Below, piece after piece: positions 35,537-45,000 of a stretch of 64,000 nt of DNA. The notes below the pieces were generated by a model. It saw nothing but the letters and a program-made list of their open reading frames with translations. It did not search any database and was not told where the DNA came from. The stretch lies in assembly GCA_026016225.1 (NCBI GenBank), contig CP061210.1, forward strand, positions 593,131-657,130, read 5' to 3'. The position numbers were made by a program, and so were the translations under genes. The stretch's first letter is position 1. Every line of letters starts with the position of its first letter. This DNA is from Candidatus Nealsonbacteria bacterium. Lineage in GTDB: Bacteria > Patescibacteriota > Minisyncoccia > Minisyncoccales > JANBVM01.

Positions 35537-36088
35537 CTATCCAGCTACGCCTCCTGTTACTACTTTCTTTCCTGCTTTTCTTCTTACCTCTTCACCTACA
35601 TATCTAATTCCCTTTCCTTTATAGGGTTCGGGAGGTTTCACTTTCCTTGTCTTTGCTGCAATTAAACCTACAAGTTCTTTATCTATACCTGAAATAGTAA
35701 TTATATTCTTTTCTACCGAAATTTTAATTTCTTTTGGGATTTTTATCTTAACGGAATGGGTAAAACCAACCATTAAAACTAAATTATCTCCTTCGACATT
35801 AGCTTTATATCCTAAACCTCGAATTTCTAACTTCTTTTCATATCCTTCGGTTACTCCCTTTACCATATTGTTCAGGAGAGCTCTAGTTAAACCCCAAAAA
35901 GCTTTAGTATTTTTTGTTTTAGATTTTGGCAAAACAAAGATTTTTCCTTCTTTCAATTCAACCTTAATCTCAGGTCTAACTTCTCGGGATAATTCCCCTC
36001 TCGGACCTTTTATTGTTACTCTTTTATAGTCTATTTTTACTTCAACGCCTTCCGGTATTTCAATTGGTTTTTTACCTATTCGGGACAT
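35537..36088 (-). CDS. rplF: 50S ribosomal protein L6
   Basis: MSRIGKKPIEIPEGVEV...PEPYKGKGIRYVGE. Confidence 0.94.
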   Translation of the reverse strand: MSRIGKKPIEIPEGVEVKIDYKRVTIKGPRGELSREVRPEIKVELKEGKIFVLPKSKTKNTKAFWGLTRALLNNMVKGVTEGYEKKLEIRGLGYKANVEGDNLVLMVGFTHSVKIKIPKEIKISVEKNIITISGIDKELVGLIAAKTRKVKPPEPYKGKGIRYVGEEVRRKAGKKVVTGGVAG

Positions 36089-36109
36089 ATAAAGTGAATG
36101 TGTTATCTA

Positions 36110-36496
36110 TTACCATACCTCGCATATTACTTCTCCTCCTATGTTTTGTTTTCTAACTTCTTCATCTGTTAGCAAACCTTTTGAGGTTGAAATGATACTA
36201 ATACCATAACCGCTTCTTACAGGTTTTATTTTTTTTGCTCTGAGATAAATCCTCTGACCAGGCTTGGAAATTCTTTTTAAACCAGATATTACTGGTTTTT
36301 TATCTTCATACTTTAGTTTGATTTCTATAATTCTTTTGATTCCCCTACCTTTTTTCTCAACTTTTTCAACAAAAGCGTTTTTTTCTAAAATTTTAGCAAT
36401 TTCAAACTTTAATTTAGAAAAAGGAATCTTAACTGTTTCTTTTAAAACAGCCTGGGCGTTTCTAATTGATGTTAACATGTCAGCTATTGGATCCAT
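36110..36496 (-). CDS. rpsH: 30S ribosomal protein S8
   Basis: MDPIADMLTSIRNAQ...GGEVICEVW. Confidence 0.94.
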   Translation of the reverse strand: MDPIADMLTSIRNAQAVLKETVKIPFSKLKFEIAKILEKNAFVEKVEKKGRGIKRIIEIKLKYEDKKPVISGLKRISKPGQRIYLRAKKIKPVRSGYGISIISTSKGLLTDEEVRKQNIGGEVICEVW

Positions 36497-36500
36497 ACTT

Positions 36501-36701
36501 TTACCAGCTGCTTTTTTTTACCCCCGGGATTAGACCTTTATTTGCCATTTCCCTAAAGCAAATTCTGCATAGACCAAACTTTCTCATATATCCCCTTTTT
36601 CTTCCACATCTAAAGCACCTTCGCACAATTCGAGTTTTGAATTTTGGTTTTTTCTTTGCTTTAGCAATTAGGGATTTTTTTGGCATAGTGATAATACCCA
36701 A
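36501..36701 (-). CDS. rpsN: 30S ribosomal protein S14, zinc-binding type Z
   Basis: 66 aa with [23 protein letters not shown]. Confidence 0.92.
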   Translation of the reverse strand: MGIITMPKKSLIAKAKKKPKFKTRIVRRCFRCGRKRGYMRKFGLCRICFREMANKGLIPGVKKSSW

Positions 36702-36725
36702 TTGGGAAGGTATGTTTTACTTATA

Positions 36726-37283
36726 CTACTTTTTTATGGGGAATCCCATTAATCTTAATAACTCTAATCCTTCCTCGCGTTTTTGGGTTGTCGTAACTAT
36801 TGTTATCTCTAAACTAAAAATTATTTTAGCTTTCTCAGGTAAAATTTCAGCAAAAGATATGTGCTCTTTAATAGCTATGGTCAAATTCCCTTTTTTATCA
36901 ACAGAATCAGGTTTTATACCTGAAAAATCTCGGGAACGGGGTAATGTTATGTGAATCAATCTTTCCAAAAGGTCAAACATTTTCTTCTTCCTTAAGGTAA
37001 CCATAATTCCAACTGGAGAACCCTTACGAATTTTAAAACCAGAAATTGACTTCCTTGCTTTAGTTAGAATGGGGTGTTGACCGGTAATTAGGGTTAAACC
37101 ATTTGAAATACTATTTAAAATCTTTTTTTGCTCATCTGAAGTTTTTCCAGAAATCAATTTCCCAAACCCAACATTCACTACCACTTTTTCAATATTTGGA
37201 ACAGCCATCTTACTCTTATAGCCAAATTTTTCCATCATAGCCGAAATCACTTCTTTCTTGTACTTTTCAGTTATACCAATCAT
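36726..37283 (-). CDS. rplE: 50S ribosomal protein L5
   Basis: KYKKEVISAMMEKFGYKSKMAVPNIEKVVVNVG. The ATG at 37283 gives the usual 4-nt overlap with rplX. Confidence 0.93.
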   Translation of the reverse strand: MIGITEKYKKEVISAMMEKFGYKSKMAVPNIEKVVVNVGFGKLISGKTSDEQKKILNSISNGLTLITGQHPILTKARKSISGFKIRKGSPVGIMVTLRKKKMFDLLERLIHITLPRSRDFSGIKPDSVDKKGNLTIAIKEHISFAEILPEKAKIIFSLEITIVTTTQKREEGLELLRLMGFPIKK

Positions 37284-37585
37284 ACTTCTTTGCCGCATTT
37301 TTTACAGATGCGATATTTTTTGTTATCTATAATTTTATAACCTATCCTTGTGGACTTTCCACATTTAGGACAAATTAATTTCACATTTGAAACATCTATT
37401 GGAGAAGGCATTTCGATAATTTGACCTTTTTCTCCTGTTCTTTTAGCTCTTTGATGTTTTTTTATCAAATTTACTCCTTCAACTACAACTTTTCTCTCTT
37501 TCGGGAGAGCCCTTAAAACCCTACCTTTTTTAGTCCGATATTTGCCAGAAATAACCAGAACCTGATCACCTTTGCGTATTTTCAT
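37280..37585 (-). CDS. rplX: 50S ribosomal protein L24 with C-terminal Zn-ribbon
   Basis: KOW motif [21 protein letters not shown] and C-terminal CPKCGK...CKKCG. Confidence 0.92.
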   Translation of the reverse strand: MKIRKGDQVLVISGKYRTKKGRVLRALPKERKVVVEGVNLIKKHQRAKRTGEKGQIIEMPSPIDVSNVKLICPKCGKSTRIGYKIIDNKKYRICKKCGKEV

Positions 37586-37953
37586 ACAATTTCTCTTGCT
37601 AAAGTTATTACTTTTTCAAAACCTTTTTCTTTTATTTCTCTTGCTATAGGACCGAAAATTCTTCCTCCTCTTGGGTTTTTTGTTTTTCCTTCTAAGATAA
37701 TACAGGCATTATCATCAAATCTAATGTAAGAACCATCACGCCTCCGATATTCTTTTTTCTGTCTTACAATCAAAGCTCTAACTACATCATGTTTTTTCAC
37801 CTCCCTTCTCGGTTCTGCTACTTTTACTGTTCCGACGACAACATCACCAATTCGAGCATAACGTTTTTTGCTACCACCTAAAACATGAATGCATTGAAGA
37901 ATCTTTGCTCCGCTATTATCTATTACTTTTATTATTGTTCTTATTTGAATCAT
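37582..37953 (-). CDS. rplN: 50S ribosomal protein L14
   Basis: [17 protein letters not shown]... Confidence 0.95.
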   Translation of the reverse strand: MIQIRTIIKVIDNSGAKILQCIHVLGGSKKRYARIGDVVVGTVKVAEPRREVKKHDVVRALIVRQKKEYRRRDGSYIRFDDNACIILEGKTKNPRGGRIFGPIAREIKEKGFEKVITLAREIV

Positions 37954-38194
37954 AGAAACTGTTTATTTTCTTAATAACTCTCCACCTCTTCCCTTTGCTT
38001 AAGGGTCTGCACTCTTTAATTATAACCCTATCTCCAATCTTATATTCTTCTTTTTCATCATGGGCTTTATACTTTTTATGAATCTTATATCTCCTTTTAT
38101 ACTTTGGGCTTTCCTTTATTCTTTCAACCTCAACCACAACTGTTTTTTGCATTTTGTTTGAAATAATTATACCTTTTAATTGTTTTTTAGGCAT
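37916..38194 (-). CDS. rpsQ: 30S ribosomal protein S17
   Basis: [25 protein letters not shown]. The ATG at 38194 is preferred over the GTG track start at 38206. The 3' end overlaps rplN. Confidence 0.9.
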   Translation of the reverse strand: MPKKQLKGIIISNKMQKTVVVEVERIKESPKYKRRYKIHKKYKAHDEKEEYKIGDRVIIKECRPLSKGKRWRVIKKINSFYDSNKNNNKSNR

Positions 38195-38233
38195 AGTGGT
38201 ACTCACTCTTGACCCCCCTCCGATATGGGGAGG
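38192..38233 (-). promoter_or_regulatory. G-run/hairpin leader motif abutting the rpsQ start codon
   Basis: Minus strand reads CCUCCCCAUAUCGGAGGGGGGUCAAGAGUGAGUACCACU-AUG. CCUCCCC can pair with the G-run. About 33 nt are shared with the mreB-2 leader at 17348-17388. Confidence 0.45.
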
Positions 38234-38255
38234 ATTATTTTATATTTTTCATGTT

Positions 38256-38438
38256 TCACGCTTCACGAAGAATGGTTAATATTCTTGCAATGTCTTTTTT
38301 AGTTTGTCGAACTTCTCTAACATTTTTTAGCTTTCCACCTGCTAAATGAAAACGTAAAACCCTTAATTTTTCTCTCTTATTTGCTATAAGTTTTTTTAAT
38401 TCTGATTTAGATTTATTCTGTAATTTATCTATCTTCAT
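38256..38438 (-). CDS. rpmC: 50S ribosomal protein L29
   Basis: A 60-aa helical protein between rplP and rpsQ (SELKKLIANKREKLRVLRF). Confidence 0.9.
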   Translation of the reverse strand: MKIDKLQNKSKSELKKLIANKREKLRVLRFHLAGGKLKNVREVRQTKKDIARILTILREA

Positions 38439-38440
38439 TT

Positions 38441-38854
38441 TTATCTTCGAGTAATAAATTTAGTTTTAATTGGTAATTTATCTGAGGCTCTTCTCAAAGC
38501 TTCCTTTGCTACTTCCTCTTTTACCCCTTCTAATTCAAAGATAACTCTTCCTGGTTTTATTGGAAAGACATAATGAGAAAAAGAGCCTTTTCCGCCGCCC
38601 ATCGTAAATTCTGTCCCTTTCGATGTCACAGGTTTATCCGGGAAAACTCTAATCCATAACTTCCCGCCTTTTTTTAAATATCTCATAATTGTTCTTCTGG
38701 CAGCTTCAATTTGTCTAACAGTAAGCCAATGAGTTCCTAAAGATTTCAACCCATAAGAACCAAAACTAAGTTCGGTTCCCCGTGTTGAAATGCCTTTTGA
38801 TCTTCCTTTAAACCGCTTTTTATATTTAAGTTTTTTTGGTCCTAATATAGCCAT
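38441..38854 (-). CDS. rplP: 50S ribosomal protein L16
   Basis: PKKLKYKKRFKGR...ARRTIMRYLKKGGKLWIRVFPD. Confidence 0.94.
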   Translation of the reverse strand: MAILGPKKLKYKKRFKGRSKGISTRGTELSFGSYGLKSLGTHWLTVRQIEAARRTIMRYLKKGGKLWIRVFPDKPVTSKGTEFTMGGGKGSFSHYVFPIKPGRVIFELEGVKEEVAKEALRRASDKLPIKTKFITRR

Positions 38855-38866
38855 GATATTAAAATC

Positions 38867-38943
38867 CTAAATTCAAATATCTTTTAATTGCTCCGCAATT
38901 ACAGGAAGCAAAGCGACTGGTTTGTAACTCTAAATTCAAATAT
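38867..38943. repeat. perfect 14-bp direct repeat flanking a 49-bp GC-richer segment in the rplP-rpsC spacer
   Basis: ctaaattcaaatat occurs at 38867-38880 and again at 38930-38943. The segment between them is cttttaattgctccgcaattacaggaagcaaagcgactggtttgtaact. Confidence 0.8.
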
Positions 38944-38961
38944 TATAAACATGTTTTGGAT

Positions 38962-39627
38962 TTAGAATTTTTCTCCTTTATATATCCAAACTTTTATCCC
39001 TACGGCTCCGTAACTACAAAAAGCTGTATCTCGAGCATAGTCAATATCAGCTCTCAAGGTTTGTCTCGGAAGCAAACCTTTTTGCAGCCATTCTCTTCTT
39101 GCAATAGAGATTCCATTTAATCTACCTGCAACTTCAAGTCTTGCTCCTTTCGCTCCTTTTTGACTCATAATCTTACTTAAGGTCTTTTTCAAAACTCTTC
39201 GATAGGGCATTCTTTTTTCAATTTGAGCAGCCATCAACTGAGCAACTAAAAGAGCAGAAAGCCATATGTTTTTAATTTCTCTAATTTCAATCTTTGAATC
39301 TAACTTTATGCCTCCTCTTTTGTTATAGGGAGCTTTTGTTTTTAAAATCTTTTGCCTTAATTCTTTTATTAATCTTTCAACACCTTCTCCTGCCCGACCT
39401 ATTACTAATCCCGGCCTAGCAGTAAAAATTATAATATTTATCTTACCGGGAGACCTCTCAATTTCAATCTTACCCAACCCAAACTTTTTAATCTTCTTTT
39501 TGATAAATTCTCTAATCTCAAAATCTTCCTTTAAATAGGAAGCGAAATTTTTTTCGTAAAATCCGCGAGAATCCCAATCTTTTATTTCCCTTATTCTGAA
39601 TGCTTTTGGGTGAACCTTGTGTGACAT
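38962..39627 (-). CDS. rpsC: 30S ribosomal protein S3
   Basis: MSHKVHPKAFRI..., a KH domain, and the C-terminal GAKGARLEVAGRLNG. Confidence 0.94.
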   Translation of the reverse strand: MSHKVHPKAFRIREIKDWDSRGFYEKNFASYLKEDFEIREFIKKKIKKFGLGKIEIERSPGKINIIIFTARPGLVIGRAGEGVERLIKELRQKILKTKAPYNKRGGIKLDSKIEIREIKNIWLSALLVAQLMAAQIEKRMPYRRVLKKTLSKIMSQKGAKGARLEVAGRLNGISIARREWLQKGLLPRQTLRADIDYARDTAFCSYGAVGIKVWIYKGEKF

Positions 39628-39666
39628 AATAATTTAAATTCTAAATTCTTTTTACGAAGTGAAAGG

Positions 39667-40251
39667 CTATATGGCTTTTCGCCTAAAAAATCTTTTTATC
39701 CCTCTTTCTCTTTTTGGTCTAATTCTTTTTGTTCTAATTTTTTCTGTTTTTAATCTTTTTTTCATTTTTTCTTTTATCTCTCTTGATTCCTCTGCCTTTA
39801 ATGTTTCTTTCTTTCTATCTTTTTCAATCTTAACGGTTTTTTTCTCTTCCTTCGTAGTTTTGATAAAGGAGGGTTTTTCCCCTGCCAATTTTAATTTTTT
39901 CTTGACAACTTTTTTCTCAACCTCCTCTAAAACAATTGTTATATGAGATGTTCTCTTAAGGATTATATCTGCCTTTCCTCTCGCCCGAGGAAAAGTTCTT
40001 TTATAACTTGGACCTCCGTCAACAAAAATTTTGGAAACATAAATATTTTTTTTATCCAGTTTCAAGTTTCTATCTTTAGCATTGGCTAAGGCTTGATTAA
40101 GAAGTTTCAATATTGGCAAGGCAGCTCTTTTCTGAGTGAAATTCAAAATAGTTTGAGCTTCCTCAACCTTTTCTCCCCGAATCAAATCAGCTACTAATCT
40201 TACTTTTCGAGGAGCAATCCTTAAATAACGTAGTTTAGCACTTGAAATCAT
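39667..40251 (-). CDS. rplV: 50S ribosomal protein L22 with Lys-rich C-terminal extension of about 80 aa
   Basis: LRIAPRKVRLVADLIRG...KRTFPRARGKADIILKRTSHITIVL, followed by a KKK/EKK-rich tail. Confidence 0.92.
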   Translation of the reverse strand: MISSAKLRYLRIAPRKVRLVADLIRGEKVEEAQTILNFTQKRAALPILKLLNQALANAKDRNLKLDKKNIYVSKIFVDGGPSYKRTFPRARGKADIILKRTSHITIVLEEVEKKVVKKKLKLAGEKPSFIKTTKEEKKTVKIEKDRKKETLKAEESREIKEKMKKRLKTEKIRTKRIRPKRERGIKRFFRRKAI

Positions 40252-40287
40252 AATTTGCCTTATTTAATGCCTGTATGTTCTTATGTT

Positions 40288-40596
40288 TTACTTCTTTCCT
40301 GTTTCTTTTCGAACTCCCTTCTTTTCTAAGTCTCTTTGCATTTTTCCACCATGCCTTAAAAACTTAGTGGTTGGAGAAAATTCACCAAGTTTATGTCCAA
40401 CCATAGCTTCTTCAACCTTCACAGAAATAAATTCTTTTCCGTTATGGACAAGAAAAGTAAAACCAACCATTTCCGGACTAATAACACAATTTCTTCTCCA
40501 TGTTCTGATGGGTTCTTTTTTATTACCTTTTAATCTCTCTATTTTCTTCATTAACTTTGGGTCAATATATGGACCTTTTTTAAGACTTCTAGCCAT
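40288..40596 (-). CDS. rpsS: 30S ribosomal protein S19
   Basis: [12 protein letters not shown]...[17 protein letters not shown]. Confidence 0.94.
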   Translation of the reverse strand: MARSLKKGPYIDPKLMKKIERLKGNKKEPIRTWRRNCVISPEMVGFTFLVHNGKEFISVKVEEAMVGHKLGEFSPTTKFLRHGGKMQRDLEKKGVRKETGKK

Positions 40597-40597
40597 A

Positions 40598-41404
40598 TTA
40601 TTTTCTCTTTCTTCTTCTTTTAATTATTAATTTATCTGTCCATTTTTTTCTTCTGGTTCTAACTCCGAGAGCCGGTTTTCCCCAGGGTGTTTTTGGATGC
40701 TTCATTCCAATCGGACTCTTTCCAGACCCTCCTCCATGCGGATGGTCTACCGGGTTCATAGCCGTTCCTCTGACAGCTGGCCGCCAACCCCTCAATCTTC
40801 TCCTACCTGCTTTTCCTATTTTTTCAAAACGCTTTTTGGGATTTGAAACCTGACCTATTGAAGCAAAACAATCTTTAAAAACCTTTCTGATTTCTCCTGA
40901 AGGCATCTTCAAATGAGTATAACGTCCTTCGTGAACCAAAATCTTAGCAGATGTTCCAGCTGACCTTACTATTTTTCCTCCTCTACCCACCTCTAATTCA
41001 ATATTATAAACACCGCTTCCTGAAGGAATATTCTTTAATCTCATTCTATTGCCGATTTTTACCTTAGCTTTCTCAGAACAAATTATCTCATCTGATTCCT
41101 TAAGACCAACAGGAGCTAAAACATATCTTTTATCGCCATCTTCATAAGTAATTAAAGCTATAAAAGCAGTCCGGTTTGGGTCATATTCTAAAGCTAAAAC
41201 CTTTCCTTTAATGTCTAACTTTTCTTGACCAAAATCCAAAATCCTGTAAAGTCTTTTAACGCCTCCTCCTCTATGGCGAACACTTATCCTGCCTGAACTA
41301 CTCCTGCCCCCTTTTTTCTTTAAAGGCGAAAGTAGTTTTTTTTCCGGCTTTTTCTTACTTAATAACTTTCTTAATGATACTGTTTTTTTCATAATAAATT
41401 TCAA
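40598..41404 (-). CDS. rplB: 50S ribosomal protein L2
   Basis: [23 protein letters not shown]...[11 protein letters not shown]. Confidence 0.95.
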   Translation of the reverse strand: MKFIMKKTVSLRKLLSKKKPEKKLLSPLKKKGGRSSSGRISVRHRGGGVKRLYRILDFGQEKLDIKGKVLALEYDPNRTAFIALITYEDGDKRYVLAPVGLKESDEIICSEKAKVKIGNRMRLKNIPSGSGVYNIELEVGRGGKIVRSAGTSAKILVHEGRYTHLKMPSGEIRKVFKDCFASIGQVSNPKKRFEKIGKAGRRRLRGWRPAVRGTAMNPVDHPHGGGSGKSPIGMKHPKTPWGKPALGVRTRRKKWTDKLIIKRRRKRK

Positions 41405-41420
41405 AAAGATATATAAATAA

Positions 41421-41840
41421 TTAGGGGGTTAGTTCTCCAATCTTTTGTCCTTCTTTTATTTTTACAATTGCTTTTTTGTAAGCTTTTGTCCATCCTGAAG
41501 TCTTACCTAATCTTCTTCTTTTTTTAGGAATTTTTATAATCTTAACACTTAAAACATCAACACCGTATAATTGTTTAACTGCTTTTTTAATTTCAGTTTT
41601 ATTAGAATCTAAAAAGACCTTAAAAGTATATTGGTTTTTTTTCGTCAAATCTGTTGCTTTTTCTGTAATATGAGGGGCTTTTAGAATAGTAACTGCTAAT
41701 TTAGTATCAGTCTTTTTCTTTTTTCTTTTTAAAATTTTCTCTGTCTTTTTTTTAATTTCCTTTGGCTCCTCAATGGTCTCTTTTACTTCTTTTTTTTCAG
41801 ATAAGGGTTTTTTCTTTTTGAATAAATCTCGTAAATCCAT
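41421..41840 (-). CDS. rplW: 50S ribosomal protein L23 with Lys-rich N-terminal extension
   Basis: L23 core ILKAPHITEKATDL...YTFKV...KAVKQLYGV, preceded by about 45 aa of K/E-rich sequence. Confidence 0.9.
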   Translation of the reverse strand: MDLRDLFKKKKPLSEKKEVKETIEEPKEIKKKTEKILKRKKKKTDTKLAVTILKAPHITEKATDLTKKNQYTFKVFLDSNKTEIKKAVKQLYGVDVLSVKIIKIPKKRRRLGKTSGWTKAYKKAIVKIKEGQKIGELTP

Positions 41841-41853
41841 AGAATGTAATTAA

Positions 41854-42486
41854 TTATTTTTTTAAAAATGTTTCTTTTATTATTTTTACACTTTCGACTG
41901 GCATAATTAAATATTTAAAAGAGGCTAAATCTAAACAATTCAAATTCTTTGCCTCTATAGTTTCTACGCGGGGAATGTTCCTTACAGCCAAAATTATTTT
42001 TTTGTCGACTGCAGGTAGAGCAACCAGAGCACTTTCTTTTTTAGAAGGAAGCCTTTCTAAAATTTGAGCTGCTTGTTTTGTTTTTGGTTGTTCTATTTTT
42101 AGCTCATCAATCAATACTATCAATTTCCTTTTTGCCTTTTCAGATAACAGCATAAAAAGAGCTGACCTTTTCATTTTTTTTGGAATTTTTTTCTTAAACT
42201 TTTTTTCTTTTGTTGGACCGAAAGTCACTCCTCCTCCTGTCCAGATAGGAGACCTGATTGAACCATGTCTTGCTCTCCCCAATCCCTTTTGGCGCCAGGG
42301 CTTCCTCCCTCCTCCTCTTACTTCACCTCTACCTTTTGTATGTGCTATCACTCTTCTTCTATTTGCCATTTGAGATGTAACAACCTGGTAAATTAAATCA
42401 GTATTAATTTTTACGCCAAAAAATTCTTCTGGTAATAATTCTTCTCCAACTTTCTTACCTCTTTGGTCTAAAACTTCATATTTCAT
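41854..42486 (-). CDS. rplD: 50S ribosomal protein L4
   Basis: GRGEVRGGGRKPWRQKGLGRARHGSIRSPIWTGGG. Confidence 0.94.
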   Translation of the reverse strand: MKYEVLDQRGKKVGEELLPEEFFGVKINTDLIYQVVTSQMANRRRVIAHTKGRGEVRGGGRKPWRQKGLGRARHGSIRSPIWTGGGVTFGPTKEKKFKKKIPKKMKRSALFMLLSEKAKRKLIVLIDELKIEQPKTKQAAQILERLPSKKESALVALPAVDKKIILAVRNIPRVETIEAKNLNCLDLASFKYLIMPVESVKIIKETFLKK

Positions 42487-42491
42487 AATAA

Positions 42492-43085
42492 TTAATCTTT
42501 AACTAATTCCAAAAGGGTTCCCTTTCTTCCAGGAACCGCTCCTTTTATCATTAATAAATTATTTTCCGGGTCAACTTTAAGTATCTTTAGATTTTTAATT
42601 GTGACTCTTTCACTTCCCATTCTTCCAGGCATTTTTTTTCCTTTCAGCACTCTTGGAGGCATTGAAGCACCTACAGAACCTATAGTCCTGTGCTCATGTT
42701 TTGTTCCCCGGGTTCTTGGTCTTCCATGGAACCCCCATTTTTTCACCACTCCTGCAAAACCTTTTCCTTTTGAAATCCCGGAAACCTTAACAATATCCCC
42801 TTCTTTAAAAATCGAGACATCAAATTCTTGTCCTGTCTCATACTCTGAAATATCTCCTCTAAATTCTCTTAAGTATTTAAAGGGTTTTTGCTTTTGTGTT
42901 TTTTTAAGCTTTTTATCTTTTAATTTTTTAAACCCAATTTGAATAGCTGTGTATCCGTCTCGTTCTTTTGTTTTAATCTGCAATACCTTACATATGCCCG
43001 ACTCAATCACTGTTAAAGGAACTTGATTACCTTGTTCATCAAAAATCTGGGACATTCCTACTTTTAAACCTAATATAAATTTCAT
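42492..43085 (-). CDS. rplC: 50S ribosomal protein L3
   Basis: MKFILGLKVGMSQIF...KGKGFAGVVKKWGFHG. Confidence 0.94.
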   Translation of the reverse strand: MKFILGLKVGMSQIFDEQGNQVPLTVIESGICKVLQIKTKERDGYTAIQIGFKKLKDKKLKKTQKQKPFKYLREFRGDISEYETGQEFDVSIFKEGDIVKVSGISKGKGFAGVVKKWGFHGRPRTRGTKHEHRTIGSVGASMPPRVLKGKKMPGRMGSERVTIKNLKILKVDPENNLLMIKGAVPGRKGTLLELVKD

Positions 43086-43131
43086 AATGGTGAATTAACT
43101 GCGAATTTTATTTTAACTTGTCTGTTAATTT

Positions 43132-43154
43132 AAAGCCGGGCATAGCCCGGCTTT
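43132..43154 (-). promoter_or_regulatory. perfect 10-bp GC-rich hairpin inside the rpsJ-rplC spacer
   Basis: AAAGCCGGGC-aua-GCCCGGCUUU reads the same on both strands. On the minus strand it is followed by AAAUUAA. The spacer is 146 nt, which is unusually long. Confidence 0.5.
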
Positions 43155-43231
43155 AAACCTTTAGCTATTTGAATTTAATTTATAAATTTATAAGATTTAC
43201 TTTTAACATTAATTTTAATTAAAAAATATTA

Positions 43232-43576
43232 CTATCGCATCTTTATCTCGATATTCACTCCTGTGGGTAGATTCAAGTCCCTCAAAGCGTCAATCACTTT
43301 AGCATTAGGTTCTAAAACATCAATCAATCTCTTATGAACTCTAATTTCAAACTGTTCCCTGCTATCTTTATGGATAAAAGTAGACCTATTGACAGTATAT
43401 TTATGAATTTCAGTAGGTAAAGGAACGGGTCCTGAAACTTTTGTTCCAAAACGGATTACTACTTCAACAATTTGTTTGGCAGAACTATCAATTACTTTAT
43501 GGTCATAAGCCCATAATTTAATACGGAGTTTTGGTTTAGCTTCTTGTTCGGTTGCTACTGTTTTTTTCTTTGGCAT
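43232..43576 (-). CDS. rpsJ: 30S ribosomal protein S10
   Basis: [22 protein letters not shown]...GPVPLPT. Confidence 0.94.
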   Translation of the reverse strand: MPKKKTVATEQEAKPKLRIKLWAYDHKVIDSSAKQIVEVVIRFGTKVSGPVPLPTEIHKYTVNRSTFIHKDSREQFEIRVHKRLIDVLEPNAKVIDALRDLNLPTGVNIEIKMR

Positions 43577-43647
43577 CTTTAAAAATTTACTGTTGGAATG
43601 TTCGCTCGCAAAGAGTGGTCTTACAATCTAATCACTCTATCATTTAT

Positions 43648-44847
43648 TTACTTCGCTATTTTCGTTACCACTCCTGCTCCCACTGTTTTCCCACCTTCTC
43701 TAATAGCAAATCTTTGTTTCTCTTCCATTGCAATAGGAGCCATTAATTTAATTTTTAGATTTACAGTATCACCCGGCATAACCATCTCCGTTCCTTCAGA
43801 TAATGAAACCTCTCCAGTAACATCGGTAGTTCTGAAGTAAAACTGAGGTTTATAACCTGTAAAGAAAGGGGTATGTCTTCCTCCTTCTTCTTTAGTCAAA
43901 ATGTAAACCTGACCATCAAATTCACTGTGAGGAGTAATACTTCCTGGTTTAGCTAATACCTGGCCTCTCTCAACCTCTTCCTTTTTTATTCCCCTTAATA
44001 AAACTCCAACATTATCTCCTGCCCTACCTTCATCTAAAATTTTATTAAACATTTCAATTGAAACTGCTGTTGTTTTCACGGTGGGTTTTATACCAATTAA
44101 TTCCACTTCTTCGTTGGGTTTTACAATTCCTCTCTCAATTCTACCTGTAGTTACTGTTCCACGACCAGCAATTGAGAAAACATCTTCAATTGCCATTAAA
44201 AATGGTTTATCTGTTTCTCTGGAAGGTTCTGGAATATAATCATCAACAGCCTTAATCAGCTCTAAAATTGGTTTTACAGCCTCATCTTCTAAGGATTTTA
44301 CATCTAAAGCCTTTAAAGCGGAACCTCTAATTATTGGAATTTCATCTCCTGGAAACTCATATTTTTTCAAAAGCTCCCTTAATTCTGACTCAACCAAATC
44401 AATAATCTCAGGGTCATCAACAACATCGCATTTATTAATAAAAACCACTATAGAGGGAAGACCAACCTGCCTGGCTAAGAGTATATGTTCTCTTGTCTGA
44501 GGCATTGCACCATCAACGGCTGAAACAACCAAAATTGCCCCATCCATTTGAGCAGCCCCCGTAATCATGTTCTTAATATAGTCAGCGTGTCCAGGGCAAT
44601 CAATTAAAGCATAGTGACGTTTTTCTGACTCATACTCAACATGAGAAACAGAAATAGTCAAGCCCCTGGCTTTTTCCTCTGGAGCGGCGTTTAGTTCGTC
44701 TACTCCCCAGTTTGTTGCACTCAGACCCTTAAGTCTGCTGATGTGAAGAATGGCTGCGGTAGTAGTAGTCTTTCCATGAGCAACATGGCCAATGGTACCT
44801 ATATTGACGTGAGGTTTTGTTCTTACAAATTTTTCTTTTTCTGCCAT
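43648..44847 (-). CDS. tuf: elongation factor Tu
   Basis: [21 protein letters not shown] and SALKAL motifs. Confidence 0.97.
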   Translation of the reverse strand: MAEKEKFVRTKPHVNIGTIGHVAHGKTTTTAAILHISRLKGLSATNWGVDELNAAPEEKARGLTISVSHVEYESEKRHYALIDCPGHADYIKNMITGAAQMDGAILVVSAVDGAMPQTREHILLARQVGLPSIVVFINKCDVVDDPEIIDLVESELRELLKKYEFPGDEIPIIRGSALKALDVKSLEDEAVKPILELIKAVDDYIPEPSRETDKPFLMAIEDVFSIAGRGTVTTGRIERGIVKPNEEVELIGIKPTVKTTAVSIEMFNKILDEGRAGDNVGVLLRGIKKEEVERGQVLAKPGSITPHSEFDGQVYILTKEEGGRHTPFFTGYKPQFYFRTTDVTGEVSLSEGTEMVMPGDTVNLKIKLMAPIAMEEKQRFAIREGGKTVGAGVVTKIAK

Positions 44848-44854
44848 AATAAAT

Positions 44855-44930
44855 CATGAAACATGGAACATGGAACATGGAACATAATTATAGAATTCAG
44901 GTCTCAGGTTTCAGGCTTCAAGCTTCAAGA
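44855..44930. repeat. two heptamer tandem arrays in the tuf 5' leader
   Basis: catgRaa occurs 4-5 times at 44855-44889. YtcaRgN occurs 5 times (ttcaggt ctcaggt ttcaggc ttcaagc ttcaaga) at 44896-44930. Confidence 0.85.
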
Positions 44931-44949
44931 AATTTTATTTATATTTGTT

Positions 44950-44978
44950 ATTTTATTTAATTTTAAAAAATAAGTCAA
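44950..44978 (-). promoter_or_regulatory. sigma70-like promoter for tuf
   Basis: Minus strand reads TTGACT (44973-44978), a 17-nt spacer, then TAAAAT (44950-44955). This gives a leader of about 95 nt containing the heptamer arrays. Confidence 0.55.
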
Positions 44979-45000
44979 CCCCGCACCACTTTATTATAAA

